From NCBI GenBank assembly GCA_037200965.1, contig JBBCGK010000001.1, positions 896,260 to 960,259 of the forward strand: DNA of 64,000 bases. Reading direction: 5' to 3'. Both the position numbers and the translations under genes were made by a program. The notes beneath the pieces are model-generated. The model was not told the DNA's origin, searched no databases, and worked only from the letters and a program-made list of their open reading frames with translations. Positions 32,648-41,671 of this stretch are shown in pieces. Origin of the DNA: a bacterium. GTDB taxonomy: Bacteria > Patescibacteriota > Minisyncoccia > Phycocordibacterales > Phycocordibacteraceae. Position 1 is the first letter of the stretch; every line of letters begins with the position of its first letter.

Positions 32648-35600
32648 ATGGCTACTTTCAACCCAACGTCCCGCAAGATCGCTCCCCGGATCAACTGGAG
32701 CGCGATACGCCTCTCGCTCGCGTCCCCCGAGCGCATTCTCTCGTGGTCCAAGGGAGAGATCACCAAGCCGGAGACCATCAACTACCGCACCCAGCGCTCG
32801 GAAAAGCACGGTCTCTTCGACGAGAAGATCTTCGGTCCCGAGAAGGACTACGAATGCTACTGCGGCAAGTACAAGGGCATCCGCTACAAGGGCATCACGT
32901 GCGACAAGTGCGGCGTCGAGATCACGCGTTCGATCGTGCGCCGCGAACGCATGGGCCACATCGAGCTCTGCACCCCGGTCGCGCACATCTGGTTCCTCCG
33001 CTCCGTGCCGTCGCGCATGGCGCTTCTTCTTGGCATCCCGTCAGCAGACCTCGAGAAGGTCGTCTATTTCGCGGGATACATCGTGACCAAGGTCGCGGAA
33101 GACACCAAGAAGCGGCTCGTCGGCGAGCTCGAGTCGGAATACAAGACCAAGTTCAAGGCGGCGGATACCGATGCCGCGCGCGACGCGCTTAAGGAGAAGA
33201 TGACGCTTACGAAAACCGAGATCGACGGTATCGCCGTCGGCCGCGTCCTTGACGAAATGGAGTACCACCGCTACTCGGTGAAATACGGAACGCTTTTCGA
33301 GGCCAAGATCGGCGCGGAAGCCATCTACGCGCTTCTTAAAGCGATCGACCTTGAGGCGCTTAAGGCGAAGCTTGAGGAGCGCTATAAGTCCGCAGGGGCC
33401 GCCGAGCGCGAGAAGCTCGCGAAGCGCATTTCGCTCATCGCGGGCATGATCGCGTCGGGAGTCCGCCCGGAATGGATGTTCCTTACGAAAATCCCGGTCA
33501 TCCCTCCGGCGCTCCGCCCGATGGTCGCGCTTGAGGGCGGCCGCCACGCGACCTCCGATGTGAACGACCTCTACCGCCGCGTTATCAACCGCAACAACCG
33601 CTTGAAGAAGCTCCTCGACATCCATGCGCCGGAAGTGATCCTCCGAAACGAAAAGCGCATCCTCCAGGAAGCGGTCGACGCGCTTCTCGACAACTCCATC
33701 CGCAAGGGCGGAGCGTCCGCAGGCGCGCTCACGCCCGCCCAGCGCCGCCCGCTCAAGTCTCTTGCCGATTATTTGAAGGGCAAGCAGGGCTATTTCCGCC
33801 AGAATCTTCTCGGCAAGCGCGTTGACTATTCGGGCCGTTCCGTGATCGTCGTTGGCCCTGACCTCGAGCTTGACGAGTGCGGACTCCCGAAGCACATGGC
33901 CCTCGAGCTTTTCCGCCCGTTCGTGATCGCCGGGCTTCTTGAGCGCGAACTCGCCTTCAACATCCGCGGCGCGGGACGCCTCATCGAGGACGGCGTGCCG
34001 GAAGTCTGGGAAATTCTCGAAGAGAAGATCCGCGGCAAGTACGTGCTTCTCAACCGTGCGCCGACGCTCCACCGCCAGGGTATCCAGGCGTTCCGCCCGA
34101 GACTCATCGAAGGCGACGCCATCCAGCTCCATCCGCTCGTCTGCCACGCGTTCAACGCGGACTTCGACGGCGACCAGATGGCGGTCCACGTGCCGCTCTC
34201 GGAAGAGGCGCAGTGGGAGGCGAGGGAAGTGATGAGCGCGAACAAGAACATCCTGAAGCCGGGCAACGGCGAGATGACCGTACTTGTCGGAAAACCTCAG
34301 GACATTATTCTCGGCGTCTATTGGCTCACGAAAAACGTGGCGAAGGCGAAAGGCGAAGGCACGTACTTCCAGTCCCCGAACGCCGCGATCCTCGCGTACG
34401 AGTACGGCGCGATTGATCTTCGCGCGAGCGTGCACATCCTTCCGGTCGCCGGAAAGGAGAAATACGCGGGCTTCGAAGGAAAACTGTTTGAGACGACCGT
34501 CGGACGCCTCCTCTTCAACACTGTGCTTCCGTCGGACTATCCCTATATCAACGACGTCATCACGAAGAAGGGCCTCGGCGCGATCATCGACGACTGCGCG
34601 AAACGCTACGGCTTCGACCGCATCCCGGGCATCGTCGACAAGGTGAAGAAATTCGGCTTCCAGTACGCGACCGAAGCGGGTATCACCTGGGGCATCGAGG
34701 ACGTTTCCGTCTCGACCGGGAAGGAAGCGGTTATCACGGCCGCGCGCGAGAAGGTGCAGAAGATCGAGAGCGACTACAAGGACGGCCTTCTCTCGGGCGA
34801 CGAGAAGCACCGGATGGTGATCGAGATCTGGCACGGCGCGAAGCAGGAAGTTGAGAACCTCGTCGAGAAGGACCTTGATCCGACGGGTTCCGTAAACGAC
34901 ATGATCAAGTCGGGAGCCCGCGGTACGCTCGGCAACCTCACCCAGATGGTCGGTATGAAGGGCCTCATCCAGTCGACCGACGGCGAGACGATCGAAGTGC
35001 CGATCATCTCGTCCATGGCCGAGGGCCTCAATCCGGTCGAGTACTTCATGAGCACACACGGCTCGAGAAAGGGTCTCGCCGACACGGCGCTCGGTACCGC
35101 GCGCGCGGGCTATCTCACGCGCCGCCTCTTTGACGTGGCGCAGGACTCGATCATCACCGAGATCGATTGCGGCACCAAGCGCGGCATCGCGATCAACCGC
35201 ACGTCGGCATCCGGCATCAAGATCGACTACGCGTACGCGGTCCGGGGCCGCACGCTCTCGGCGGACGCGGTTTCCAAAGACGGCACCGTGCTCTTCAAGA
35301 AGAACCACTACCTCACCGCCGAAGACGCGAAGACGATCAACTCGGCGGATATCGAGACCGTCTCGGTGCGCTCGGCGATGAGCTGCGAGACGCGCTTTGG
35401 CATCTGCCAGAAGTGCTACGGCATGGATCTCACGACCCAGGAACCGGTCGACCTTGGCGAGGCGGTCGGCACCGTCGCCGCGCAGGCTATCGGCGAGCCG
35501 GGAACCCAGCTCACGATGCGTACCTTCCACCAGGGCGGGACGGCTTCCGTTGGCGGTGACATCACGTCGGGCCTTCCGCGCGTCGAGGAAGTCTTCGAGA

Positions 35601-36379
35601 AGCGCTCGCCGAAGAACTCGGCCATCGTCTCGAAGATCGACGGGCTCGTGACCGACATCAAGGAGGCGGGCCGCGAGCGCATCATCGTGGTCGCGCCGGA
35701 AGCGGGACAAGGGAAGAAGGACGGCTCGGCTTCGGAGTACCTCGCGGTCTATCCGCGCCAGGTGCTCGTCAAGATCGGCGACCAGGTGAAGAAGGGCCAG
35801 ATCCTCACCGACGGCTCGGCGGACCTCGACGAACTCTTCGAGCACGCCGGACGCGCCCTCGTCCAGGAGTACATCATCGCGGAAGCGTCGAAAATCTACG
35901 AGCTCCAGGGCGCGAGCGTGTCGCGCAAGCACCTCGAGGTTATCGTGAAGCAGATGTTCTCGCGCGTGAAGGTCACGGATGCGGGCGACGGCGACTACTC
36001 CGTCGGCGACGTGCTCGAGGACTGGGAATTCGCGGAGGCCGTGAAGGAAGCGGAGGACGCGGGCAAGATGCCGCCCAAGGCAAAGGAGATCGTGCTTGGC
36101 ATCAAGGAGTCGGCGCTTTCCCGCCGTTCCTTCCTCTCGGCGGCGTCGTTTGAGCAGACGACCAAAGTGCTCATTAACGCCGCGCTCAAGGGCAGCGTCG
36201 ACAACCTGAAGGGCCTTAAGGAAAACGTGATTCTCGGGCGGCTCATTCCTTCGGGAACGGGCTTCCCGGGAAGCCAGAAGGCTGAGCACATCAAGAAGCT
36301 TCAGGCGTCGCAATCCGCTCCCGCTCCGCGCGAGATTCCGGGAGCAAGCATCCGCGTACCGTCGAGGACGGGTTCCTAG
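32648..36379 (+). CDS. rpoC: DNA-directed RNA polymerase subunit beta'
   Basis: Start MATFNPTSRKI... Zinc finger CYCGKYKG...CDKCGVE, the NADFDGDQMAVH catalytic motif and trigger loop region are present. Confidence 0.95.
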   Translation: MATFNPTSRKIAPRINWSAIRLSLASPERILSWSKGEITKPETINYRTQRSEKHGLFDEKIFGPEKDYECYCGKYKGIRYKGITCDKCGVEITRSIVRRERMGHIELCTPVAHIWFLRSVPSRMALLLGIPSADLEKVVYFAGYIVTKVAEDTKKRLVGELESEYKTKFKAADTDAARDALKEKMTLTKTEIDGIAVGRVLDEMEYHRYSVKYGTLFEAKIGAEAIYALLKAIDLEALKAKLEERYKSAGAAEREKLAKRISLIAGMIASGVRPEWMFLTKIPVIPPALRPMVALEGGRHATSDVNDLYRRVINRNNRLKKLLDIHAPEVILRNEKRILQEAVDALLDNSIRKGGASAGALTPAQRRPLKSLADYLKGKQGYFRQNLLGKRVDYSGRSVIVVGPDLELDECGLPKHMALELFRPFVIAGLLERELAFNIRGAGRLIEDGVPEVWEILEEKIRGKYVLLNRAPTLHRQGIQAFRPRLIEGDAIQLHPLVCHAFNADFDGDQMAVHVPLSEEAQWEAREVMSANKNILKPGNGEMTVLVGKPQDIILGVYWLTKNVAKAKGEGTYFQSPNAAILAYEYGAIDLRASVHILPVAGKEKYAGFEGKLFETTVGRLLFNTVLPSDYPYINDVITKKGLGAIIDDCAKRYGFDRIPGIVDKVKKFGFQYATEAGITWGIEDVSVSTGKEAVITAAREKVQKIESDYKDGLLSGDEKHRMVIEIWHGAKQEVENLVEKDLDPTGSVNDMIKSGARGTLGNLTQMVGMKGLIQSTDGETIEVPIISSMAEGLNPVEYFMSTHGSRKGLADTALGTARAGYLTRRLFDVAQDSIITEIDCGTKRGIAINRTSASGIKIDYAYAVRGRTLSADAVSKDGTVLFKKNHYLTAEDAKTINSADIETVSVRSAMSCETRFGICQKCYGMDLTTQEPVDLGEAVGTVAAQAIGEPGTQLTMRTFHQGGTASVGGDITSGLPRVEEVFEKRSPKNSAIVSKIDGLVTDIKEAGRERIIVVAPEAGQGKKDGSASEYLAVYPRQVLVKIGDQVKKGQILTDGSADLDELFEHAGRALVQEYIIAEASKIYELQGASVSRKHLEVIVKQMFSRVKVTDAGDGDYSVGDVLEDWEFAEAVKEAEDAGKMPPKAKEIVLGIKESALSRRSFLSAASFEQTTKVLINAALKGSVDNLKGLKENVILGRLIPSGTGFPGSQKAEHIKKLQASQSAPAPREIPGASIRVPSRTGS

Positions 36380-36421
36380 CCCTTCATCGGCGCTCGGTGC
36401 GCGTGATACACTGTTCCTTAC

Positions 36422-36619
36422 ATGAATTCGATAACGGCGAAATCAAGGAAATCGGACGTGCGCCTCAGGGCGTACGTGGCCGAGATGGTGCGCGAGGTGC
36501 TTGACGATCCCGACTTCGGACTCGAGCTTTCAGGTTATGCCCGCCGACGGCTTGCAAAGGCGAAAAAAACCCGTGCCAAGGGTATTCCGCTCTCCGCGAT
36601 CCTGAAGAAGTATTCCTGA
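36422..36619 (+). CDS. Putative antitoxin (65 aa) of a RelE/ParE module
   Basis: Small basic/acidic protein directly upstream of a RelE/ParE-like ORF, with a 1-nt gap between its stop and the toxin start. Family not resolved. Confidence 0.5.
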   Translation: MNSITAKSRKSDVRLRAYVAEMVREVLDDPDFGLELSGYARRRLAKAKKTRAKGIPLSAILKKYS

Positions 36620-36620
36620 C

Positions 36621-36896
36621 ATGGAGTGGAGCGTCGATTTCACTCCGGACGCGGAGCGGGATTTGAAATCGCTTCCGAAAGCCGTCCGGGCCCGGGTATT
36701 GGCACGGGTCGTATGGCTTGCGGCCAACTTCGACCTGATCGCGCCGCTTCCGCTTCGCGCAGAGTGGCGCGGGTACTACAAGCTGCGGGCGGGCGATTAC
36801 CGCGCGGTATACGCGGCCGATTATGGCGCCCGTGTTATCCGCATCGAGTATATCGACCACCGGAGCAGGGTCTACAAGCGCCGGAAGCCGAAATAG
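36621..36896 (+). CDS. RelE/ParE-family toxin
   Basis: MEWSVDFTPDAERDLKSLPKAVRARVLARV...WRGYYKLRAGDYRAVYAADYGARVIRIEYIDHRSRVY fits the RelE/ParE pattern (F.p.A..dLk.L......ri...i..L...P..G..L.G....yRlRvGdYRiiY.id). Confidence 0.7.
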   Translation: MEWSVDFTPDAERDLKSLPKAVRARVLARVVWLAANFDLIAPLPLRAEWRGYYKLRAGDYRAVYAADYGARVIRIEYIDHRSRVYKRRKPK

Positions 36897-36952
36897 CAAA
36901 AAGCGGCGAAGGTGATGTTCCTCCGCCGCCTCGCGCAATGCTTGCCGTCGCG

Positions 36953-37204
36953 TCAACAACAACTGTTCAGGTATGTGGCGATCTGCAGCAAGAACTGGAA
37001 TCGCTCAGAACGATTTAGCCCGAACCACTGCAGTTCCAGGTCGACGCGTTCTTCGTTGAGCCTCGACAGCTGCGCACTGCTCAGCATCGCGTCGTCGTTC
37101 ACGAGTCCTCCCAGATCTTCGTAGAACCGGGTTCGGTTAATCGGACTCAGCCCCAAGGGTTTTTCGAGATTGCTCTTGAGCCATTCGGCAACGTTTGTCT
37201 TCAT
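36953..37204 (-). CDS. Hypothetical small protein (84 aa)
   Basis: AAGGAGAATGCC-ATG RBS on the minus strand. No family recognised. Confidence 0.45.
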   Translation of the reverse strand: MKTNVAEWLKSNLEKPLGLSPINRTRFYEDLGGLVNDDAMLSSAQLSRLNEERVDLELQWFGLNRSERFQFLLQIATYLNSCC

Positions 37205-37274
37205 GGCATTCTCCTTAAGTACGGCCATGTACGGCCGGATTAGGGTGGAAACAGGTCGCGGGAGCAACTGTACC

Positions 37275-37304
37275 TGACAATAAGCATTGTTGGTAATATT
37301 GTCA
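37275..37304. promoter_or_regulatory. Perfect 8-bp inverted repeat TGACAATA-N14-TATTGTCA in the divergent region upstream of dnaG
   Basis: Seen directly. Could be an operator or promoter element (contains TTGTCA / TGACAA hexamers). Confidence 0.3.
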
Positions 37305-37357
37305 AGTATTCAAACGGGCCAGCGGTAAGTATGTACAAGCGTTAGAATGGCACTATT

Positions 37358-39034
37358 ATGGCGACCGATACCGTACAACGCGTCAAAGCGAAGCTCTCGA
37401 TCATCGACGTCGTCACGCCGTACGTGAAGCTTACGAGAGCAGGGCGGCACTATCGGGGCCTCTCTCCCTTCAACAAGGAGAAGACGCCGTCGTTCTTCGT
37501 CTCTCCCGACCGCGGCACGTACTACTGCTTCTCGAGTAACCAGGGCGGCGACATCTTTACCTTCATCGAAAAGATGGAAGGCGTCGATTTCAAGGGCGCT
37601 CTCAAGATCCTCGCGGAGAAAGCGGGCGTCGAGATCGTCTACGAAGGGAATTCGGGCGCCGATCGCTCGCGTTCGGAGCGGCTTCGCGAAGCGATGGCAA
37701 AGGCATCGGAGTTCTATATGCGCGGGCTTTCCGAAGGAACACCCGCGTACGACTACGCGCTTTCGCGGGGGCTCTCCAAAGAAACGATTACGGGCTGGCA
37801 GCTCGGGTTCGCGCCTCCGGAATGGCGGATGCTCCTCGAAACGCTTTCGGGACAGGGCTTCACGCTCGACGAGCTCAAAGGCGCGGGGCTCGTCAAGGAG
37901 GCGGACGGAAAGCCCGGCACGTACTACGACCGCTTCCGCAACCGCCTCATGTTCCCGATACGCGACAGCGCGGGACGCACCGCCGCCTTCACGGGCCGAT
38001 CGCTTGACCTAAACGACCAGGCGAAATACCTCAACAGTCCGGAGACCGAGCTGTACAGGAAATCGGAGATCCTCTTTGGCATGGACCGGGCGAAGGATGC
38101 GATACGCACGAGAGGGTTCGCGATACTCGTCGAGGGGCAGATGGATCTTCTCCATGCGCACCAGGCCGGATTCACCAATTCCGTCGCGCTCTCGGGCACC
38201 GCGCTCAGCCCCGAGCACCTCGCGCTCATCAGGCGCTATGCGGACAATCTGATGCTCGCCTTGGACGGCGACCGCGCGGGCCTCGCGGCAAGCGCCAAGA
38301 GCGCGGTCGCGGCGCTCTCGGCAGGCCTTCGGGTGAAGGCGGTACGGCTTCCGAAGGGAGAAGACCCGGCGGATCTCATCAGCCGCGATCCGAAGGAGTT
38401 CAAGCAGCGGGTCGCGGACGCCGCGAGCATCATCGAGTTCTTCCTCTCGGTGCTTGCGGAAGCGGAGAAAGACAAGCACCGGCTGGTGATGGCGGCTGAG
38501 AAGATCGTGCTTCCGCTTCTGGCGGCGGTCAGGAGTCCTCTCGAGCGCGAGCACTTCGTCGGCATCGTCGCGCGAACGCTTGAGACGACGCCGGAGGCGG
38601 TGCGCGCCGCGCTCCCGCGACAGAGCGTTTCGGTCGCCGCGCGAAAGTCGATGACCTATGCCGTCGGCTCTCCTCGGCAAGTACTTAAGGATTCCCAGGC
38701 GCTCCAGCTTCGCGCAGCCGCTGCGTGCTACGCCGAAAGCCTGCTCGCGAAGCGCGTGAAAGCGGAGTACGAGCGCATCGCGGGCATACCGCTCCCGGGC
38801 GAGGCGCCGGACGAGCGCGCGATCTTCGAGATAGGGCAGGCGCTTGGCGAATCTCCCGAAGAAGGCGCCGCCGACGATCTTATCAGGGCGTTCGAACTGA
38901 GCATCGTGCGCGAAGCGCTCGCCGAAGCGACCGCGGCGCTTCGCAAGGCGGAAGCCGCGGGCGATAAGGACGCCGCGGACGCCGCGATGAAGCGGTCGCA
39001 GGAATTAAGTGTGCGTTTGGCCTCGCTTTCCTGA
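37358..39034 (+). CDS. dnaG: DNA primase
   Basis: N-terminal zinc-binding region, TOPRIM (EGQMDLL, LALDGDRAG) and a C-terminal helicase-interaction region. Confidence 0.9.
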   Translation: MATDTVQRVKAKLSIIDVVTPYVKLTRAGRHYRGLSPFNKEKTPSFFVSPDRGTYYCFSSNQGGDIFTFIEKMEGVDFKGALKILAEKAGVEIVYEGNSGADRSRSERLREAMAKASEFYMRGLSEGTPAYDYALSRGLSKETITGWQLGFAPPEWRMLLETLSGQGFTLDELKGAGLVKEADGKPGTYYDRFRNRLMFPIRDSAGRTAAFTGRSLDLNDQAKYLNSPETELYRKSEILFGMDRAKDAIRTRGFAILVEGQMDLLHAHQAGFTNSVALSGTALSPEHLALIRRYADNLMLALDGDRAGLAASAKSAVAALSAGLRVKAVRLPKGEDPADLISRDPKEFKQRVADAASIIEFFLSVLAEAEKDKHRLVMAAEKIVLPLLAAVRSPLEREHFVGIVARTLETTPEAVRAALPRQSVSVAARKSMTYAVGSPRQVLKDSQALQLRAAAACYAESLLAKRVKAEYERIAGIPLPGEAPDERAIFEIGQALGESPEEGAADDLIRAFELSIVREALAEATAALRKAEAAGDKDAADAAMKRSQELSVRLASLS

Positions 39035-39069
39035 ATTTTTAACCTACTATTACCAGTACTACTCTCTAT

Positions 39070-40302
39070 ATGGCTACCGCACGCAAAAAGGCGAAGATGA
39101 AGAAAACGGGAAGCAAGAAGCCCGCGAAACGTATCGCGAAGAAAAAGCTGGCGCCTAAGCGCAAAACGGTTTCTTCCCGCGCCAAGGCGGTCGTCCGTAA
39201 GGCGGTGATCGGCGTGAAGGCGAAGGCGCAAAACGAGAAAGCGGCGAAAGCCGAGGCGCTTATCGTCAAAGGCCGCGAGCGCGGGTACATCACCTACAGC
39301 GAAATTTTAAAGGCCTTCCCGACGATCGAGGAAGACGTCTCGTTCCTCGACTCCCTTTATGAGCGTTTCGCGACGATCGGCATCGATATCCTCGAAGGCG
39401 GCATGCTCGAAGACCATGCGGACGAATACCTCGCGACGAGGAACATCAAGCAGCGGGGGGATTCGACCGGCTACGACTCGATCCAGATATACCTTCGCGA
39501 GATCGGCCAGTATCCGCTTCTGACCGCGGCCGAAGAGCGCGAACTCGCCCAGAGGATCGAGAAAGGGGACGACGAGGCGCGGAACATCCTCGCCCGTTCG
39601 AACCTGCGGCTTGTGGTATCGATCGCGAAGAAGTACGTGGGCCGTTCGCCCGACCTCACCCTTCTTGACCTCATCCAGGAAGGGAACCTGGGGCTTTTCA
39701 AAGCAGTTGATAAGTTCGACTGGAAGAAGGGATATAAGTTTTCCACCTACGCCACATGGTGGATCCGCCAGGCGATCACGCGTGCCCTTGCCGACCAGTC
39801 GCGCACTATCCGCATTCCGGTCCATATGGTCGAGACCATCGCCAAGTACAAACAGGTATCGCGCCGCCTCTCGCAGGCCCTCGGACGCGATCCGCAGCCG
39901 GAGGAAATAGCGGTCGAGATGGGCGTCGAGCCGGAGAAGATATACCAGATCGAGAAGATCAATCAGGACACGCTCTCGCTTGAGAATCCCGTCGGGGACG
40001 GGGATGATGGCGGAAGCTCGACCCTGGGCGATTTCATTGCCGACGACAAGGTCCCGAGTCCCGTGCAGGAATCTTCCGAGCGTATCCTCGGAGAGCAGGT
40101 CCGCGACATCCTCGGCGACCTCTCCCCGAAAGAGCGCAAAATCCTTGAGATGCGCCACGGGCTTCTCGACGGCATCTATCATACGCTTGAAGAGGTGGGG
40201 AAGGAATTTGGCGTGACGCGCGAGCGCATCCGGCAGATCGAGGCAAAGGCGCTCGAGAAGATCAGGACGCATGACAAGTCGAGGAGACTGAAGAGCTACT
40301 AA
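39070..40302 (+). CDS. rpoD: RNA polymerase sigma factor RpoD (sigma-70) with Lys-rich N-terminal extension
   Basis: Regions 1.2-4 are present. The promoter -10-recognition motif [13 protein letters not shown] is visible, as are region 2.2 (LIQEGNLGL) and the region 4 HTH ([20 protein letters not shown]). Confidence 0.9.
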   Translation: MATARKKAKMKKTGSKKPAKRIAKKKLAPKRKTVSSRAKAVVRKAVIGVKAKAQNEKAAKAEALIVKGRERGYITYSEILKAFPTIEEDVSFLDSLYERFATIGIDILEGGMLEDHADEYLATRNIKQRGDSTGYDSIQIYLREIGQYPLLTAAEERELAQRIEKGDDEARNILARSNLRLVVSIAKKYVGRSPDLTLLDLIQEGNLGLFKAVDKFDWKKGYKFSTYATWWIRQAITRALADQSRTIRIPVHMVETIAKYKQVSRRLSQALGRDPQPEEIAVEMGVEPEKIYQIEKINQDTLSLENPVGDGDDGGSSTLGDFIADDKVPSPVQESSERILGEQVRDILGDLSPKERKILEMRHGLLDGIYHTLEEVGKEFGVTRERIRQIEAKALEKIRTHDKSRRLKSY

Positions 40303-40363
40303 AAACCGGTCTAACTCGGCCTTCTGCTAAGTCTATGGTATAAGTGTCCATAGGAGGTGCCCC

Positions 40364-40486
40364 ATGCGGACTATTACCATGCTCTTCTCGCCCGACGGCC
40401 GCTATGCCCAAGGCGAGATGAATTTCTCAAGCGCGGTCACTGCCGCCTTGCTGTTTCTCGGCGCCGTCGCCTACCGGCTGTGCTGA
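40364..40486 (+). CDS. Unannotated 40-aa small ORF with consensus SD and hydrophobic C-terminus
   Basis: AGGAGG lies 7 nt upstream of ATG 40364. Encodes MRTITMLFSPDGRYAQGEMNFSSAVTAALLFLGAVAYRLC. The hairpin tcggcccc/ggggccga follows at about 40496-40520. Flanked by a ctatgg...ccatag palindrome. Confidence 0.35.
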   Translation: MRTITMLFSPDGRYAQGEMNFSSAVTAALLFLGAVAYRLC

Positions 40487-40567
40487 CTCCCGCGTTCCCG
40501 ATCGGCCCCCGCAAAGGGGCCGATTGTCTTGTACCGGAAGTACCGTGCGTGCTATCGTATGCGGACT

Positions 40568-40981
40568 ATGTCGGCACAAGGAACATTCGCGACCGCGCTC
40601 AACTGCATGGATGGACGCTGCCAGGAGAAGGCATACATGTTCGCACAGCAGGCATCCGGCGCGGACTTTATAGATATGATCACCGAGCCCGGCATCGACG
40701 GGCTTCTCTCCGGGACGCATTCAGTGGTTTCTGCGGAGGATATTCCCGGAAAGATCTCTTGGATACGGGCCAAGGCCGAAATCTCGGCGAAAGGGCACGG
40801 GTCAAAGCAGTGCGTCATTTTCGGACACTGCGGTTGCGCGGGCAACCAAGTTACGTTTGAAGAACACAGGGCGCACCTTCTCGCGGCTCTTGAGAAAGTT
40901 CGCGGATGGGGGCTTTTTGATGAAGTAAGAGCAGCGGCATTCACCGAAGACTGGACCCTTGAAGAGGTTCGCAGCGCCTAA
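40568..40981 (+). CDS. Hypothetical protein with beta-carbonic-anhydrase-like Cys-x-Asp-x-Arg and Gly-His-x-x-Cys-Gly motifs (start uncertain 40529-40568)
   Basis: NCMDGRCQE and VIFGHCGCAGN resemble the beta-CA zinc site, but the protein is shorter than typical beta-CAs. Confidence 0.45.
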   Translation: MSAQGTFATALNCMDGRCQEKAYMFAQQASGADFIDMITEPGIDGLLSGTHSVVSAEDIPGKISWIRAKAEISAKGHGSKQCVIFGHCGCAGNQVTFEEHRAHLLAALEKVRGWGLFDEVRAAAFTEDWTLEEVRSA

Positions 40982-41045
40982 GGGAACGTAAAAGCAAAAG
41001 GGCGCCTCGTGCGAGGCGCCCCTTCTGGTGCGGGGATCTTTCGGA

Positions 41046-41588
41046 TCACCGCGCAAGCGTGGCGTAGCGGCCGAAATCGAGAACGTAGCTTCCGCGGTTG
41101 CGCCACGGGAACGGATGCCAGCGGCCCCAGTCGATGTGCACGAGATGGTATAGCTTCTCGAGCCCGGGCACGCCGTCGCGGATGATCGCTTTCGTGCTTA
41201 TGAGCGCGGCGACCATGCCATTGAAGTCGAATCCTGAGCTGAGCGCCTGTCCGCACGGCCAGTGTCCGTATGCGGCGATCGTGGTGATGTTCTTCATGCC
41301 GATCGCGTTGGCGGCATCCTTGAGAAGGACCTTGTCCGCGCCGCCCGAGAGTTCAGGGGCGATGCGCAGCGCGCCGCCGTTCAGCATCAGAGGGTGATGG
41401 CGGCCGCGGGAATTTCGAAATCCACGGTCATGTCGCCTTCTGAGGTCGGGCTCCTGATCGCAGTCCCCGCACGCCATCAGGATGGTTCCCTTGGGCGCCG
41501 AAAGGACCGCCCTTTCGAGGGGCACGAGCACTCCTTTGCGCGCGAGGCTCATTGCGGCCACCCGGTCTTGTCCGGTGATCTGTAGCAT
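41046..41588 (-). CDS. Hypothetical protein with a related Cys-Gly-Asp-Cys-Asp and Gly-His-x-Pro-Cys-Gly motif pair
   Basis: ILMACGDCDQ and AAYGHWPCGQ. Convergent with the preceding gene; possibly a distant paralog or the same fold. Confidence 0.45.
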   Translation of the reverse strand: MLQITGQDRVAAMSLARKGVLVPLERAVLSAPKGTILMACGDCDQEPDLRRRHDRGFRNSRGRHHPLMLNGGALRIAPELSGGADKVLLKDAANAIGMKNITTIAAYGHWPCGQALSSGFDFNGMVAALISTKAIIRDGVPGLEKLYHLVHIDWGRWHPFPWRNRGSYVLDFGRYATLAR

Positions 41589-41671
41589 ATGTGATATTCC
41601 CCCTGTTAGGTCCAGACTGTGCGTACTATACCACGGGTGCTGATCTGATGCAACTTCGCTATACTTAGACT

